NCBI RefSeq assembly: GCF_018350175.1
Contig: NC_058368.1
Span: 215,948,001-216,012,000, forward strand
Length of the DNA: 64,000 nucleotides
Source of the DNA: Felis catus
Lineage: Eukaryota
Reading direction: 5' to 3'
Shown here: piece after piece, positions 38,492-50,882 of the stretch
Layout of the letters: every line of letters begins with the position of its first letter
Position numbering within the stretch: the stretch's first letter is position 1
Notes under the pieces: model-generated
Databases searched by the model: none
What the model saw: the letters and a program-made list of their open reading frames with translations, nothing else
What the model was told of the DNA's origin: nothing
Made by a program: the position numbers and the translations under genes

Positions 38492-38640
38492 CTAAGAAAC
38501 AGACTCTTAACTATAGAGAAAAAACTGATGGTTACCAGAGGGAGGTGGGTGGGGGAATGTGAGAAATAGAGGATGGCGATTGAAGAGTACACTTAAGTTA
38601 TTTGAACTTAAAACATTTAAAAAAAAGAAAAGAAAAGAAA
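38088..38640 (+). mobile_element. Sense 3' segment of the same L1 (ORF2 end, 3'UTR with (GA)n, A-rich tail)
   Basis: aaagttgaaaataaacctacc...tcttgccatttgcaac...agactcttaactatagagaa. Confidence 0.92.
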
Positions 38641-38649
38641 CAAAGAAAC

Positions 38650-39116
38650 TGACAAAAGGATACAAAATCCCTGGCTCAGAGAGACAGGCCATTTATTACA
38701 GAGAGAACATCCAGAGTAGTATCTTGCAAGATACCCAAGCAGTATCTTGGAGGCTGGGGGACCCTACGGGCAGTGTGATGAAGGCTGAGTGTTACTTGTG
38801 CATGCAGTGGTCACATCCCAGGAAAGAAGCCCTGACATTAGGAGGCTGAGCCTACATGGGGCTGCCAGCCCATCTACCCTTCTCAGGTCTTGAGAGAGAA
38901 TACTCATCACCCTGGAATGAAAGCAAATGTCTCTGGGAAAGGGAAAGAGGGGGCTTTATAATTATGACCTTGGGATGTTTCTAGGGAGGTATGTCTTCAA
39001 AGTCCTCTGGATGAACTTTTGACTTCCAAAGCTGTTGGTTATTCAAACACGCCTTTACTGACAAGGCCCGAACCATGCATGTACATGAAAAACCCATGGA
39101 GAATTATCTCCTAGCC
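38650..39116 (-). mobile_element. Ancient ERVL LTR fragment, MER76/MER54-like
   Basis: Reverse complement starts tggctaggagataattctccatggg, resembling the remembered TGTTGGGAGACAATTCTCCATG LTR start. Confidence 0.55.
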
Positions 39117-39748
39117 ATTACCTATTGGCAAATTGGGGAAGAATATCTTACCATGTTGAGTTCAGCTCTGTCCTTTTCCCTGATATCTTTTCTACTGGGA
39201 GCATTGAAACTCTACAGAAAACCTTAGTTGAAAGAGTCAAGAAGGATGCCTGATTCTGGGTTTCTGGAAGCAGGTCCAGCTGGCTCTCACACAAATTGAC
39301 ATCAGATCATTTGCAATGATTAGTCATATTTCAGCTCCTCTTCCATGCCTCTGCTTTCTTACTCAAGTTTTAGGACTTTACTAAGGAAGAAGGGTAGAGC
39401 CCCCCCTAAGAGATCCTACCAATTATTAGTATGGTTCTATATAGCAGTTCATATTGTAGCACCAAGTTACTGATGCAAATTTGTTCAATATGATTGAAAA
39501 GACATAGAAGTATAATTTAGTTTAGAAAAACTTTAATTCCACATTATGAGAATAAAATGTTTTGTAGTGTAAATCAGTAAGTTTCAGGGAGTTAAAATAT
39601 TTGTTTACATGTTATTTCAACTAATTTCCAGAGCCTAATTTTAAAAAGGATACTGTACTGGATAGCTCTCATACTGATGTTTAATTCCATGTCCCTTTCT
39701 TAACTAAGTTTTTTTCTAGTCATATGGATGGTTACAGAGCCTATTAAA

Positions 39749-40138
39749 AAAATATGTCAATAATAACATTAGATATGAATGGATTAAACAACTCAGTCAA
39801 AATACAGAGATGAACATCTTGCTTAATAAAAACAGGCTTGAACTGTATGTTTTTCTACTGGAGACACAAGTCAATGATGCAAATAAGTTAAAAGTAAAAG
39901 GATGGAAAAATCTTCATCAGGCAAACAGCAAAATCAGGAAGCTGGAATGATTACAGTGATATATGACTAAATACATTTGGAAATTTTAAAAAATGTTATA
40001 GATAGGCTTATTTATTATTAGCCATAAAAATGATTGAAGCACTGATATATGCTTCAAGATGGATGAGCCTTGAAAACAATGTTAAGTGAAAAAAGTCAGC
40101 CCCAAACAACCACGTTGGTACATTTCCATTTATATGAC
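39749..40138 (+). mobile_element. Remainder of the ancient L1M: ORF2 endonuclease start joined to an L1MB-like 3' fragment
   Basis: tcaataataacattagatatgaatggattaaac (SIITLNVNGLN-like), aagtaaaaggatggaaaaa, then atggatgagccttgaaaaca. Confidence 0.8.
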
Positions 40139-40919
40139 TTAACTAACTGTGAAATAATTTTCTTTATGCTCTTATATGTGCATTTCAGGACAAGAGCTAC
40201 TAACATAGCTTTATCATAGAACACCCCCTCGTCAATTTAATCAGCACCCTATTAGCTGTATAAAAATGCCGCTCATTCAGAAGGATAACGCTGTACCAAA
40301 TTACAAATATTTTAGTATTTTGCGCTCTAAACGTGGTAAGAAACATTAATACCAACTTAAAATCAGGAAGACTTTCTTTTCTGTCTTCTCCTGGTACTTT
40401 GAAATCTTCTCAAATTAACTGGTATTTAAAAACAAAAACAACTTCTAATGTATTCGTTACAAAATTTAGAGATACTTAACTCACAGATTCTGTTCTAAAT
40501 TAGCTGCGTACCGGCGCTTTCTCTGAAGCACCGCATGTTGATGTGTTGCCAACGTCTTTCAATTAATTAAGTCACTAGATTTGGCTCTGTCTCCGGTGGG
40601 TTTACTGCTTATCCCAAGCAGGTGTTGATGGATTAGGACATTTCTTCCTGGCTGATTCCTGATTAAATTTGAACAAAGAACCTGACAGCTGTCATGTCTC
40701 TGTTTCCATAACTCTTTCCTCAAATAGGAAAGCACCAGCCGACCACATAAGGAAAGTGTGGAGACCCATCCTGCTCAGCTCACTTCAAAGTTAGCAAAAG
40801 GTGTGATGAAACGTATTATTTTAATCACCTCTTACTCACATAAAGTCCTTTTAAATTGAATGAGAACAGGAAGTTTTAACAAGTCTAATTTACTGTATGC
40901 AATTAAAAGTAAGGATATA

Positions 40920-41124
40920 GAGGCGCCTGGGTGCCTAGGTAGGTTAAGCTTCCGTCACTTGGTTTCACCTTAGGTCATAACCTCACACTTCTTGGGTTCG
41001 AGCCCCGCATGGGACTCTGCACTGACAGTGCAGAGCCTGCTTAGGGTTCTCTCTCTCCCTCTTTCTCTGCCTGCCTCTCCCCTGCTTGCATGCGTTCACA
41101 CTCTCTCTCAAAATAGATAAAAAC

Positions 41125-41175
<51 letters not shown>
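40920..41175 (+). mobile_element. Can-SINE with a 48-nt pure poly(A)
   Basis: gaggcgcctgggtg head, gggttcgagcccc B box, A run at 41128-41175. Confidence 0.93.
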
Positions 41176-41177
<2 letters not shown>

Positions 41178-41181
41178 ACAT

Positions 41182-41350
41182 GGGGCACCTGGGTGGATCA
41201 GTCAATTAAGTGTCTGATTTTGACGCTTAATGTGTCTGATCTCACAGTTTGTGAATTCAAGCCTCCCACCTGGCTCTGTAATGACAGAGCAGAGCCTACT
41301 TGGGATTCTCTCAAAATAAATAAATAAACTTAAAAAGAATTTAAAAAAAA
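41182..41350 (+). mobile_element. Second Can-SINE, internally deleted, directly downstream
   Basis: ggggcacctgggtggatcag head; CT tract nearly absent. Confidence 0.88.
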
Positions 41351-44246
41351 GAGATGAATAATGATGTTCTTTTCTTTTTATCCCTATTCTTTTATGATAT
41401 TAAAAGGGCAAAATATTCTCCTCATCTCAGATTCTCACCTCCAGGGTAAATATGGGTGAGGGTGAATATATATTTAATGCATACTCATAAATTGTGACTG
41501 GGTTGCACTGAATTCCGTTTGAGGCCCATTTTGTCCAGAGAACATTGCAAAAGAAAAGTTGATCTTAGATCATCATTAAAACAGAAACTTTTGCTTAGCC
41601 TTCTCTCTCTTTATAGTATTCAAATTATTTAAACATATTTTGCTTTTGCAAAGGAAAATTGTTTCAGAACAACATTCTTATGTGGTCTTTATGTTCCCTA
41701 CAGATCTGCTTCTTCTTTTTTAGTGTCCAAGAATGAAATAATACCTTGTATACTAATTGTGTTTTCCTTGTGTTTCTTTTTTCCCAAAATTGATAGCATA
41801 CTTTTTCGCAGGAACACTAGAAGTCTATTTATCTACCCGTCTCCCTCATGTTTCTTCTGACCAAAGAAAAGCATAGTACAACTATTGATAAAACACATGA
41901 GACAAATTATATATTTATGTGTTCTATCTTTTTCCTTGGTTTCCCTTGCCTCCTGTATCTCCTCGTCCTTGTTGCTTTCCCAGTGTTCACTGGGTGAGTA
42001 GTGCAGATATCTGTGCACATCCACATTATCCCACCGTCTGAGGCCAATACGGTAAAGGTCTGGGCTGGAATTTCATTAAAACATTCCTCAGTCCGTGGGA
42101 TCTGCCTTCCCCAGAAGCTGCAAAAGTGACCAGGTAACAATGTGCTCTAGTGTGTGGTCAAGGTGGTAGTGACTAACTCCTCATGGAAAAACATGAAGAG
42201 TTTCTCCAGGAGAGATAAAGGAAACAGGAAAGTCTTTTCTCATCTATTTCCTATAATGGCCAGTTTGGAGGTAGTTTTGGGTATGGCCTCTTGGAGGCAT
42301 TGTAGAGTGGAAAGATACAGTTGTGCAGCAACTCACTAAAATTCTCCACAGGTTGTTATGAAGTCCCGGCATTTGCTTCTTATCTTTCTCTACCTCCGTC
42401 TCTGTTTTCCTCACTCTAACTTCTCTGCAAATGCTTCACCCAAGAAAACATTTGTAATTAAGCCTTGCCTTGGCTGCTCAGTCTTTAAGAAAACGATCCA
42501 AGGAACCTTTTTTTTCTTGCATTTGAGATAATCCTTTCATAAAATTGTGCCATGGCATATGTCAAAGAGTTACCTACCTTACTGTGATGGTCAGAGAAAG
42601 CTTCTCAGAGGAAGTGACAGATAGGTCACTATGTAGAGCAGCTTATTCGGTAGTATTTGACATATATGCCTATGTAATAATGTATGATATCCTTAAAACC
42701 AGAACAAACGTAGATGCGGTTACAATTTGATTTTACCCCATTAACAACAGCAGTACGTTTTGTATTTTCCCACCTAAAAGAGTGAAAGGAAATAATAGAG
42801 AAAATATTATACAGCATATATGAACCATCTATTACCCAGATCATAAAATCAGAATGACTTGGATTCAAATTTCTGGATTCTTTACTTTGTTAAATTCTCC
42901 AAACCTCAGTTTTAGGTTTTGTGATTATGAAAAAATAATACTTAGACAAAATAACTTTGCAAGGGCCAAATTAAGTCAGAAGATATGTCAAAATATAGTA
43001 AATGGGTAAATAGTACAAACTCCATTTTCTCTCCAATTTCTTATCTGGATGGTAGTTGTCTTCTTATATGATAACCATGAGAATTATCTCCTATTAGCCA
43101 TTTTTGGGCTGAAGACCATATTCCCTCTTACTTTTTATGGATTTGTTTAATTAAATCATTAATTCTTCAGCTATTTTTGATTGACTACCGCACATCTGAT
43201 ATGGCAGTAAGCTAAATAAATGGAAAGCCCTTTTCGTTTTGGAGCTGGTGTTCCAGAAGATGGATCCTTTTCTGCTCCTTTAATCTTTTCCAAAGGACAG
43301 GATTATTTTTCCTAGCATAAAATGTGCTAAATAGCCACCTATAAATAAAACAAAAATATCCCATGTCTCTGTTCTCTAACAATCTAACGTATTTTATTTT
43401 AAGACAAGCTTCTACTGTCTGCAAATATTAGTCATTTTTCTGACCTCCATTAACCCTCTACCTACTATAATAGAGCTTCTACCCTTAACATTTCTAATAA
43501 AACTGTGTTTTCCCCAGTTTACAAATTACCACTTAGTTTCAAAACATAATGAATCCTTTTCAGTTCTTGTCTCACTTGACCTCACTGCACTATTTAATTT
43601 GCAGTCCATTAATTTATTCTTTAAAAAATGGCATCCTTAGTTTCTGTGACACTATTCTCTACTAGTTTTTTTTTTTTTTTCCTCAGTTCCTTTGGACATT
43701 CAAATTAAATATTGGATTTCGATTTCTTTGACTTTTTCTGTTTTGTTAAAAGCGTGTTTCTGCCCCAGGCCCTGTGATTTTTTTTTCAGTGGACTACTCT
43801 TGCTTCTGGAAATCTTTTTGGTCCCTGCACACAGGTATCTCTCCATCACACCCATACCACTCCAGGGTATCTCCATCACTTCACATCCAGTGTATGACGT
43901 TTTTCTCTTTATATGTTTATAAAGACCTCTGCACTGTTAAGCAAGAGCAGAATTTTCATAGTTAGTATTATTAACTTCCTAGTTTTGAATATATTCTAGG
44001 CACTCCAGAAATGTGATTTTATGTATAATCTTAATTCAATGAATTTATGAATGGGTGATTTTACTCGCTCCCATGGCATATACTTTATTGAGTGCTGTTA
44101 CTTACTCCTGGCTGCATATACCTCCTACTACTTCTGGTGACTCCTTTACCTGTGTACCATAAGACTCTTTCCTAAGGTAGTCTCATCTCATTACTCACAA
44201 TGGGCCCAGCCCAGAGTTATCATTGCCAAATCTTGACAACTGTTTT

Positions 44247-44287
<41 letters not shown>
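44247..44287. repeat. (GTT)n microsatellite
   Basis: Direct reading. Confidence 0.95.
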
Positions 44288-44288
<1 letters not shown>

Positions 44289-44311
44289 TGCTAAAAATTT
44301 TTCATCTTCTC

Positions 44312-44512
44312 GGAGTGCCTGGATGGCTCAGTTGGTTAAGCTCCTAGCTTAATTTCAGCTCAGGTCATGAGCTCATGGTTTGTGAGTTCAGCCCCACTGT
44401 GGGGCTCTGTGCTGACAGTGCACAGCCTGCTTTAGAAGCTCTCTTTCCTTCTCTCCCTCTCCCCTGTGCTCGCTCTCTATCTCTCTCAAAATAAATAAAC
44501 TTTAAAGAAATA
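44312..44512 (+). mobile_element. Can-SINE
   Basis: ggagtgcctggatggctcag head; flanking aaaatt(t/c)ttcatct repeat. Confidence 0.93.
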
Positions 44513-44627
44513 AAATTCTTCATCTCATTTTTTTATGGGATAAAACTTTTCACTCCTTAGCAGGGAATGCAAATATTTTCACTTTCTGACCTATGCCTAT
44601 AAGCTATATGTAATTTTTCTTTATTAT

Positions 44628-45030
44628 TGTGATGGGCACTTTTAAGCATCAGCTTGCCTAGGCCATAATTTCCTAGGTGTTCAGACACAAACTTGATGTT
44701 TCTGTGCTGGTGTCTTGTAGATGGGATTAAACTCTACAATCCATTCATCATAATCAGTTTAAGGAATGTTATCCTAGATAATAAATGAACTTCATTTAAT
44801 TGGTTGAAAGGCCTTACAAGTGGAGTTGAGGCTTCCTTGAGGAAGAAGAAAATCTGCCTACAGGCAGCACTTTGAGCCCGTGTCTCAGGCTCAGGCATGT
44901 CCTTCCTGATGGCAAGCCCTGAGAACTTTGGCATCCAGCTCCCACAATTGCATAAGCCAATTTCTTACAATAAATATCTTAGTATATATTACTTAGGATT
45001 CTGGTTCTCCAGAGAACCTTTACTGAAACA
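44628..45030 (+). mobile_element. MLT2-type ERV-L 5' LTR
   Basis: tgtgatgg start; cacaattgcataagccaatttcttacaataaat; ends gagaacctttactgaaaca. Confidence 0.88.
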
Positions 45031-46475
45031 GATTTTGGTACTGATAATAGTTCTAGAGGAATAGGTTCTTAATGATGAGTTTTCTGAATTGGCTTTGTGT
45101 GACACAAAATTGATTCCTAATTTCATTAGATTTAGAGGTGCTGATTACTATAACTTTAGTGGGAAAGAGAGTACTGGTAGCCCATGGCATAATGTGGAAA
45201 TAGATATACACAAAACATCAGCATTGGATATTCTTAACTAAAACTTGCATGATGCAAAATTCTGGGTGACCATGTATTTGACGCCTTAGAACATTTTTGT
45301 CAAACTAATGAATATGATGAGGTTGGCTTGTTGCTACTACTTGACCAGACAAGGTGGAGAAAGAAAATGAGAACAGAGATTCAAATCTCTTGCTCAACTT
45401 CTACTACCTTGCATAAAAAATTCCCTATCTTACTTGAAAGAAATCCTTTTATCCTATAGCCACAGGGCTGAGATTTCTGAAACTAAGAATCTAATCTTAG
45501 GAGTGGCTGAATTACAATACAAATTGTATTTTTGCTTTGCCGGGTGTCTTCTGTGAAAGCAAGGACATTGACTGAGAAAGCATGAGATCTTAAAGACTGC
45601 AATCGGGACAAATGGGCAGGCAGATCCTGATAAAGCTGGGGATGATGTTGCAGAAACCTATGCCAATGGCTAGTTGGTGATGTTATATCTAGGGAAATAA
45701 AAAATGGACACTATACTAAGTTCTGGAACCACAAAACTTCTAGCTCTCATGAACAGAAGACTAACTTAAATATTCCAAACAAATTTATAGTGTTAATCTT
45801 TCCCAGTCTCTCCAAAGGGAATCACAGCCATTTTGGGGATGACTATGCATTTGGGGAAAGTGAAAGAGTCAGATTTTTCAGTGATTACTGGATGACAGTT
45901 CTGAACTGGCTCTAATTCAGAAGAGTCAATACATTACTGTGATCCACGAAACAGAGTAAAGGTTTATAGAAGTCAGAGGATTCGTGAAGTTTTACCTCAC
46001 ATCCCCAAGACCATCACATGATTATTTCCCCAATTCCAGAATGCATAACTGGAATACATATGCTCAGCAACTGGCCAGATCCTCACATTGGTTTCCAGAT
46101 GGTAAGAAGGGCTGTGATGGTATGAAATAGAAGTAGAATCCCTCACGACTGTCTCTATATACAAAGCAACACTGCTTTCCTGGGTGGATTGTAGTGCATT
46201 AAAGACTTTAACAATGCAGTGGTGATGATTCCCACAATATCCCCACTTAACTTGCCTATTTAGTCTGTGCTGAAAAAAATGGATCTCGAAGTTTACAGTG
46301 GACTGCTGTAAACTTATCCAGACTCTCAGATGCAGCTGGTTGTCCACGTTTGATGTTGTTGCTTGAGGAAATTAACACATCCCCAGCTACGGACAGGTAG
46401 CATTTCATTCAGTGTTATTCTCTGTCTCTCTGTCTCTGTCTGTCTCTCTCCTATATATATATATATAATATATAT

Positions 46476-46521
<46 letters not shown>

Positions 46522-47600
46522 ATATAATTTCCACAGATGCAGTGCTGTTTCTCTTCAAGTGGCAAAGCTAAGGGTACATGCTGACTGTCCTCCCTTGGAG
46601 TTACATCACCTCTACAGCCCTATCTAACAATTTTGTCCACAGGGATCTTGATTACCTTTCCCGCCCAGGAGACACCACACCTGTCCAGTTCATCGATGGT
46701 ATTATGTTGATTTGGTTTAGAGAGCAGAAAGTAGTAATCACCTCCAGACATATTCATAAGATGTTTGTGCACAGAAGATGAAAAACAGATCGTATTAAAA
46801 TTCAAGGTCTTTTCACCTCCATAAAATTTGTTGGGATCCAGTGGTGTGGACGGTGTTGAGACACATACCTCTTTTAAAGCAAAGGAGAAATTGTTGTACT
46901 CCTAGTGCAAAATCTTTGGGTTTTGGAGGCAACATATTTCTCATTTGGATGTTTATTCTGCTCCATTTACTGAGTGACCTGGAAAGCTGTTTGCTTTGAG
47001 TGGGGCCCAGAAAGGGATGAGGATCTGCAACAGGCTTAGACAGGCTGGCCCATAACATACTTTCCTAGTTGGCCCTAGGATACAGCAGATCTAATGATGC
47101 TTGAAGTGTCAGTGGTAGATAGATCTGCTGTGGGGAGCCCGTGGCGACCCTGGTGGCTGCATCACAGCTGAGAAACAGGTCTTAGCTTCATCTGGGCCTT
47201 AACAGGGACTGAAAGTTAAGTCGCTTATTACGAACAGCGTGTTGTCGGATGAAACAAGTGGTAAATACGAGTGTGCACAGCAATACTTCATTACGAAATA
47301 GAAGTGCTAGATAAGAGATAAGGTTCCAGCTGGCCTTGAGGCACAAATAACTTGCTATAGAAAGTGGAAAACATATTGGGGCCTCCTACTTCTGGTACGT
47401 TAACTCATCTCTCTCAGACTGTACCTACGGCTTCATTAGGGATTCCCTGTGGCAGAAACCTGGAGTCTGGTTTACAGGTAGTTCTGAGTGATAAGTGGGC
47501 ACTCCCCGGAAGTGGGCGGCTACAATGCTACAGCCTGTTTAATCAATGTCCCCGGAAGACCCAGGGGGAAGGGAAAGCCTCACTGTGGGCAGAACCCCCT
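45031..47600 (+). mobile_element. ERV-L internal region, degenerate gag-pro-pol, 3'-truncated
   Basis: gattttggtac leader directly after the LTR; ttactggatgacagttctgaactg (LLDTGSEL-like protease); ORF 46578-46781 TVLPWSY...HRDLD...QFIDGIMLI (decayed YIDD RT); GKASLWAE near 47570-47596. Confidence 0.88.
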
Positions 47601-48559
47601 GCATAACTGAAGAAATCCATAACGCCTCATGCAAGTTTCCTCACCTATGAGGAGAATAAAAACAACATTCACTGCATGAACAGTTTTGGAAAATTATTTG
47701 AAATGACACATATAAGGCATTTAAAATGTGTTTTGCATTTAAGCATGTGATGCGTTTGCTATAACTATGTATCATCATTTCGTGGTGGTCTTCTATTCTT
47801 CTTAAATCATGTATATCAATATTGTCAAAAATCTCCAGTTTAAGAACTATTTAGATACTGACAGAAGGAGCTTGTTCACAAGCTTGTTCACAAGTTCACA
47901 AGTGGTAGATGGAACTGACCATTCAGATTTCACACTAGGGGGTGCTAAACTGCAACCGTTACATAAATGGTAGCCAGATATCTGTGATTCGTAAAACTGA
48001 ATAACATAATTGACTGAGAAATTTACCGTTGTAGAAGTTCACTTGGAAAAGAAATAGACAAGAGTCTAATTGGATTTGGTATTTCTAATAATAAATGATT
48101 CGCCAACTTTCGGTTTTGTTTTGTTCTGGATGTGCAAAACATGTTATCTATAGCAGAAAAAAAGTGTCACAAAAAAAAGAGAGAGAGAAAAACAAATGTA
48201 AAGAATAAGCGCTTGAAGGTTTGAATTAAATCAATAAAAGATAACTTAAAACTGACATCCTTTTAAAATACCATTAGAAATAAGAATTCACAACAAGAGT
48301 TAGAAATGTCATCTGCAAAGAAGGGACTTCTGTGCTCTTGTCAATGTAACAAAAGGCCTAAAATATTGTTTTGAGTACATTCAATCTTTTCATATTTAAA
48401 AATATCTCAATGGTGAAAAATTACTATTATTCTAATTTAAAAGCATATTACACATATACCTTTTATACTTTTCATATCATGGGTAACCCACAGGCATTTT
48501 GCATATCTCTGTAGATTTTGACAGGCATTGTGAATAGCTGAAAATTATCTGCTGAGGTG

Positions 48560-48893
48560 TGAGGAACTTCCAAAAAACTTTTCCCTGAAAGAGGGACATG
48601 TGGAAAGAATGCATTCTCTTCTACGGATTCAGATTTTCTTGTGTGAGACCGAATGTTTAAAATGGCTTGTCCATTTTATGAACCAAACCTGAGAACAAAA
48701 GTCAGCACGCCGAGGTTGGAAAAGTTAGTATAATCTGTTCCTTGATGATATTTTTGAGCTCCTTAGTTAATTTAACTCTAAATTACCTTCTGTTTCAATA
48801 TTTTTAATTAAAATAATACATTTGCCTTATTTGAATATATTTCTAGATATTTTTATTTTCCTGTTAATTGACCAAAAGTATCCTAAGTAACAC
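48560..48893 (+). mobile_element. MaLR LTR remnant (MLT1J/K-like)
   Basis: ttccttgatgatatttttgagc and terminal aaaagtatcctaagtaacaca. Confidence 0.5.
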
Positions 48894-49199
48894 ATACTCC
48901 AGAGACGTCCAAATCTGGATATTCTAACTCATCTCCAAGCTGTCATTATGCTTGTGATCTAGAACAGAGGATATTTCAGGACATTGGCCAACAACCTCAG
49001 AGGAATCAGGTAAGGAGAAAGGGCAGTAATTTTGTGTCAATGTGCAAAATACCAAATTCCATGGAGCTTTCTGGGATTTGATGGCTGGATTCTTCAGAAC
49101 TTTGCTTTCAGAAATATACCAATGGAGACTAACGGGGCAAAACTGATGATAAATCTTCCTTATTTAAAAATTATGATGCCATAGAAAGGAAGTACAGTT

Positions 49200-49635
49200 A
49201 TGAAGTGGGTACGGCCAACTCTGTTTTATAGAAAATGATGTCATAGTTTGCCTGATCAGACACGCATATTAGACAAGGATGTGAGCTTATTCTTGTATGA
49301 AAAAGCAAAGGACTGTCCATGGTAGCTTTGAATGACAAAAAATACACTTGTGCCAGTTGTGGGCACCTTCCAACATTCTGAAACATGTTTGGGCACCTTC
49401 CAAACACCACAGCCTGAGACCGAGCATCTGAGCATGGGAGATGGTCACCCACAATCCCGCAGTGAGAGAGAGAGAGAAGAAACATTGGCTCAGTCGTGAT
49501 CATGTGACATTCAGCGTCACATACTACTCATATTGCAGAACGTCGCTCGTTTATCAAGTTAAAACTTATTAGAAATGTTTGCTTGTCTTGTGGAACACTC
49601 GCGGAACAAGTTATTCACAATCCAAGGTTTTACTG
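49200..49635 (-). mobile_element. TcMar-Tigger-like DNA transposon end
   Basis: Reverse complement begins cagtaaaaccttggattgtgaataacttgttcc, like a remembered Tigger terminus; left boundary uncertain. Confidence 0.65.
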
Positions 49636-49636
49636 C

Positions 49637-50834
49637 ATTGTTAAAATGTTTATACTACCCAAACCCATCTACACATGTAACGCAATTCCTATCAAAATAC
49701 CACCAGCATTTTTCACAGAACTAGAACAAACAATCCTAAATTTATATGGGACCACAAAAGACCCCAAACAATCAAAGCAATCTTGAAAAAGAAAAGCAAA
49801 GCTGGAGGCATCACGATTCTGGACTTCCAGCTATATTATAAAGCTGTAATCGTCAAGACAGATGGAACTGGCACAAAATCAAACACATAGATCAGTGGAA
49901 CAGAATAGAAAACCCAGAAATGGACCCACAATATACGGTCAACTAATCTTTGACAAAGCAGGAAAGAATATGCAATGGTAAAAAGAGAGTCTTTTTAACA
50001 AACGGCATTGAGAAAACTGGAGAGCACCATGCGGAAGAATGAAACTGGTCCACTGTCTTACACTAATATAAAAATAAACGCAAAATGGATAAAAGACCCC
50101 AATATGAAAAAGGAAACCTTTAAAATTCTAGAGGAGAGCACAGACAGCAACCTCTTTGACCTCGGCCACAGCAACTTCTTACTTTGCATGTTTCTGGAGG
50201 CAAGGAAAACAAAATAAAAAATGAACTATTGGGACTTCAGATTGAAACCTTCTGGACAGCAAAGGAAACAATCAACAAAACTAAAAGATAACCTAGAGAA
50301 TGGGAAAAGATATTTACAAATGACATATGCAATAAAGGGTTAGTATCCAACATCTATAAAGAACTTCTCAAACTCAGCACCCCAAAAACCAAATAACCCA
50401 GTGAAGAAATGGACAGAAGATATGAATAGACATTTTTCCAAAGAAGACAGCCAGATGGCTAACTGACACATGAAAAGATGCTCAACATCACTCATCATCA
50501 GAGAAATACAAATCAAAGCCACTCTAAGATACCACCTCACACACGTCAGAATGGCTAAAATTAACAACACAGTAAACAACAGAGGATGTTGTGAGGATGC
50601 AGAGAAAGGGGAACCTTTTTGCACTGTTGATGGGAATGAAAACTGGTGCAGCCACTCTGGAAAACTGTGGAGGTTTCTCAAAAAGTTAAATCTAGAACTA
50701 CCTTACGACCCACCAATTGCCTTACAAGGGAGTTACCCAAAGGATACAAAAATACTGATTCGAAGGGCCATGTGCACCCCGATGTTTATACCAGCATACA
50801 AAGAATAGCCAAATTATGGAAAGAGCCCTGATGT

Positions 50835-50882
<48 letters not shown>

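Noticed and set aside
43074..43102. gagaattatctccta shared with 39099-39113, considered as a local source of the transduced DNA
   Set aside because: Similarity covers only ~26 bp and does not extend on either side; probably chance.
47869..47902. agcttgttcaca tandem duplication
   Set aside because: A trivial 12-bp slippage duplication.
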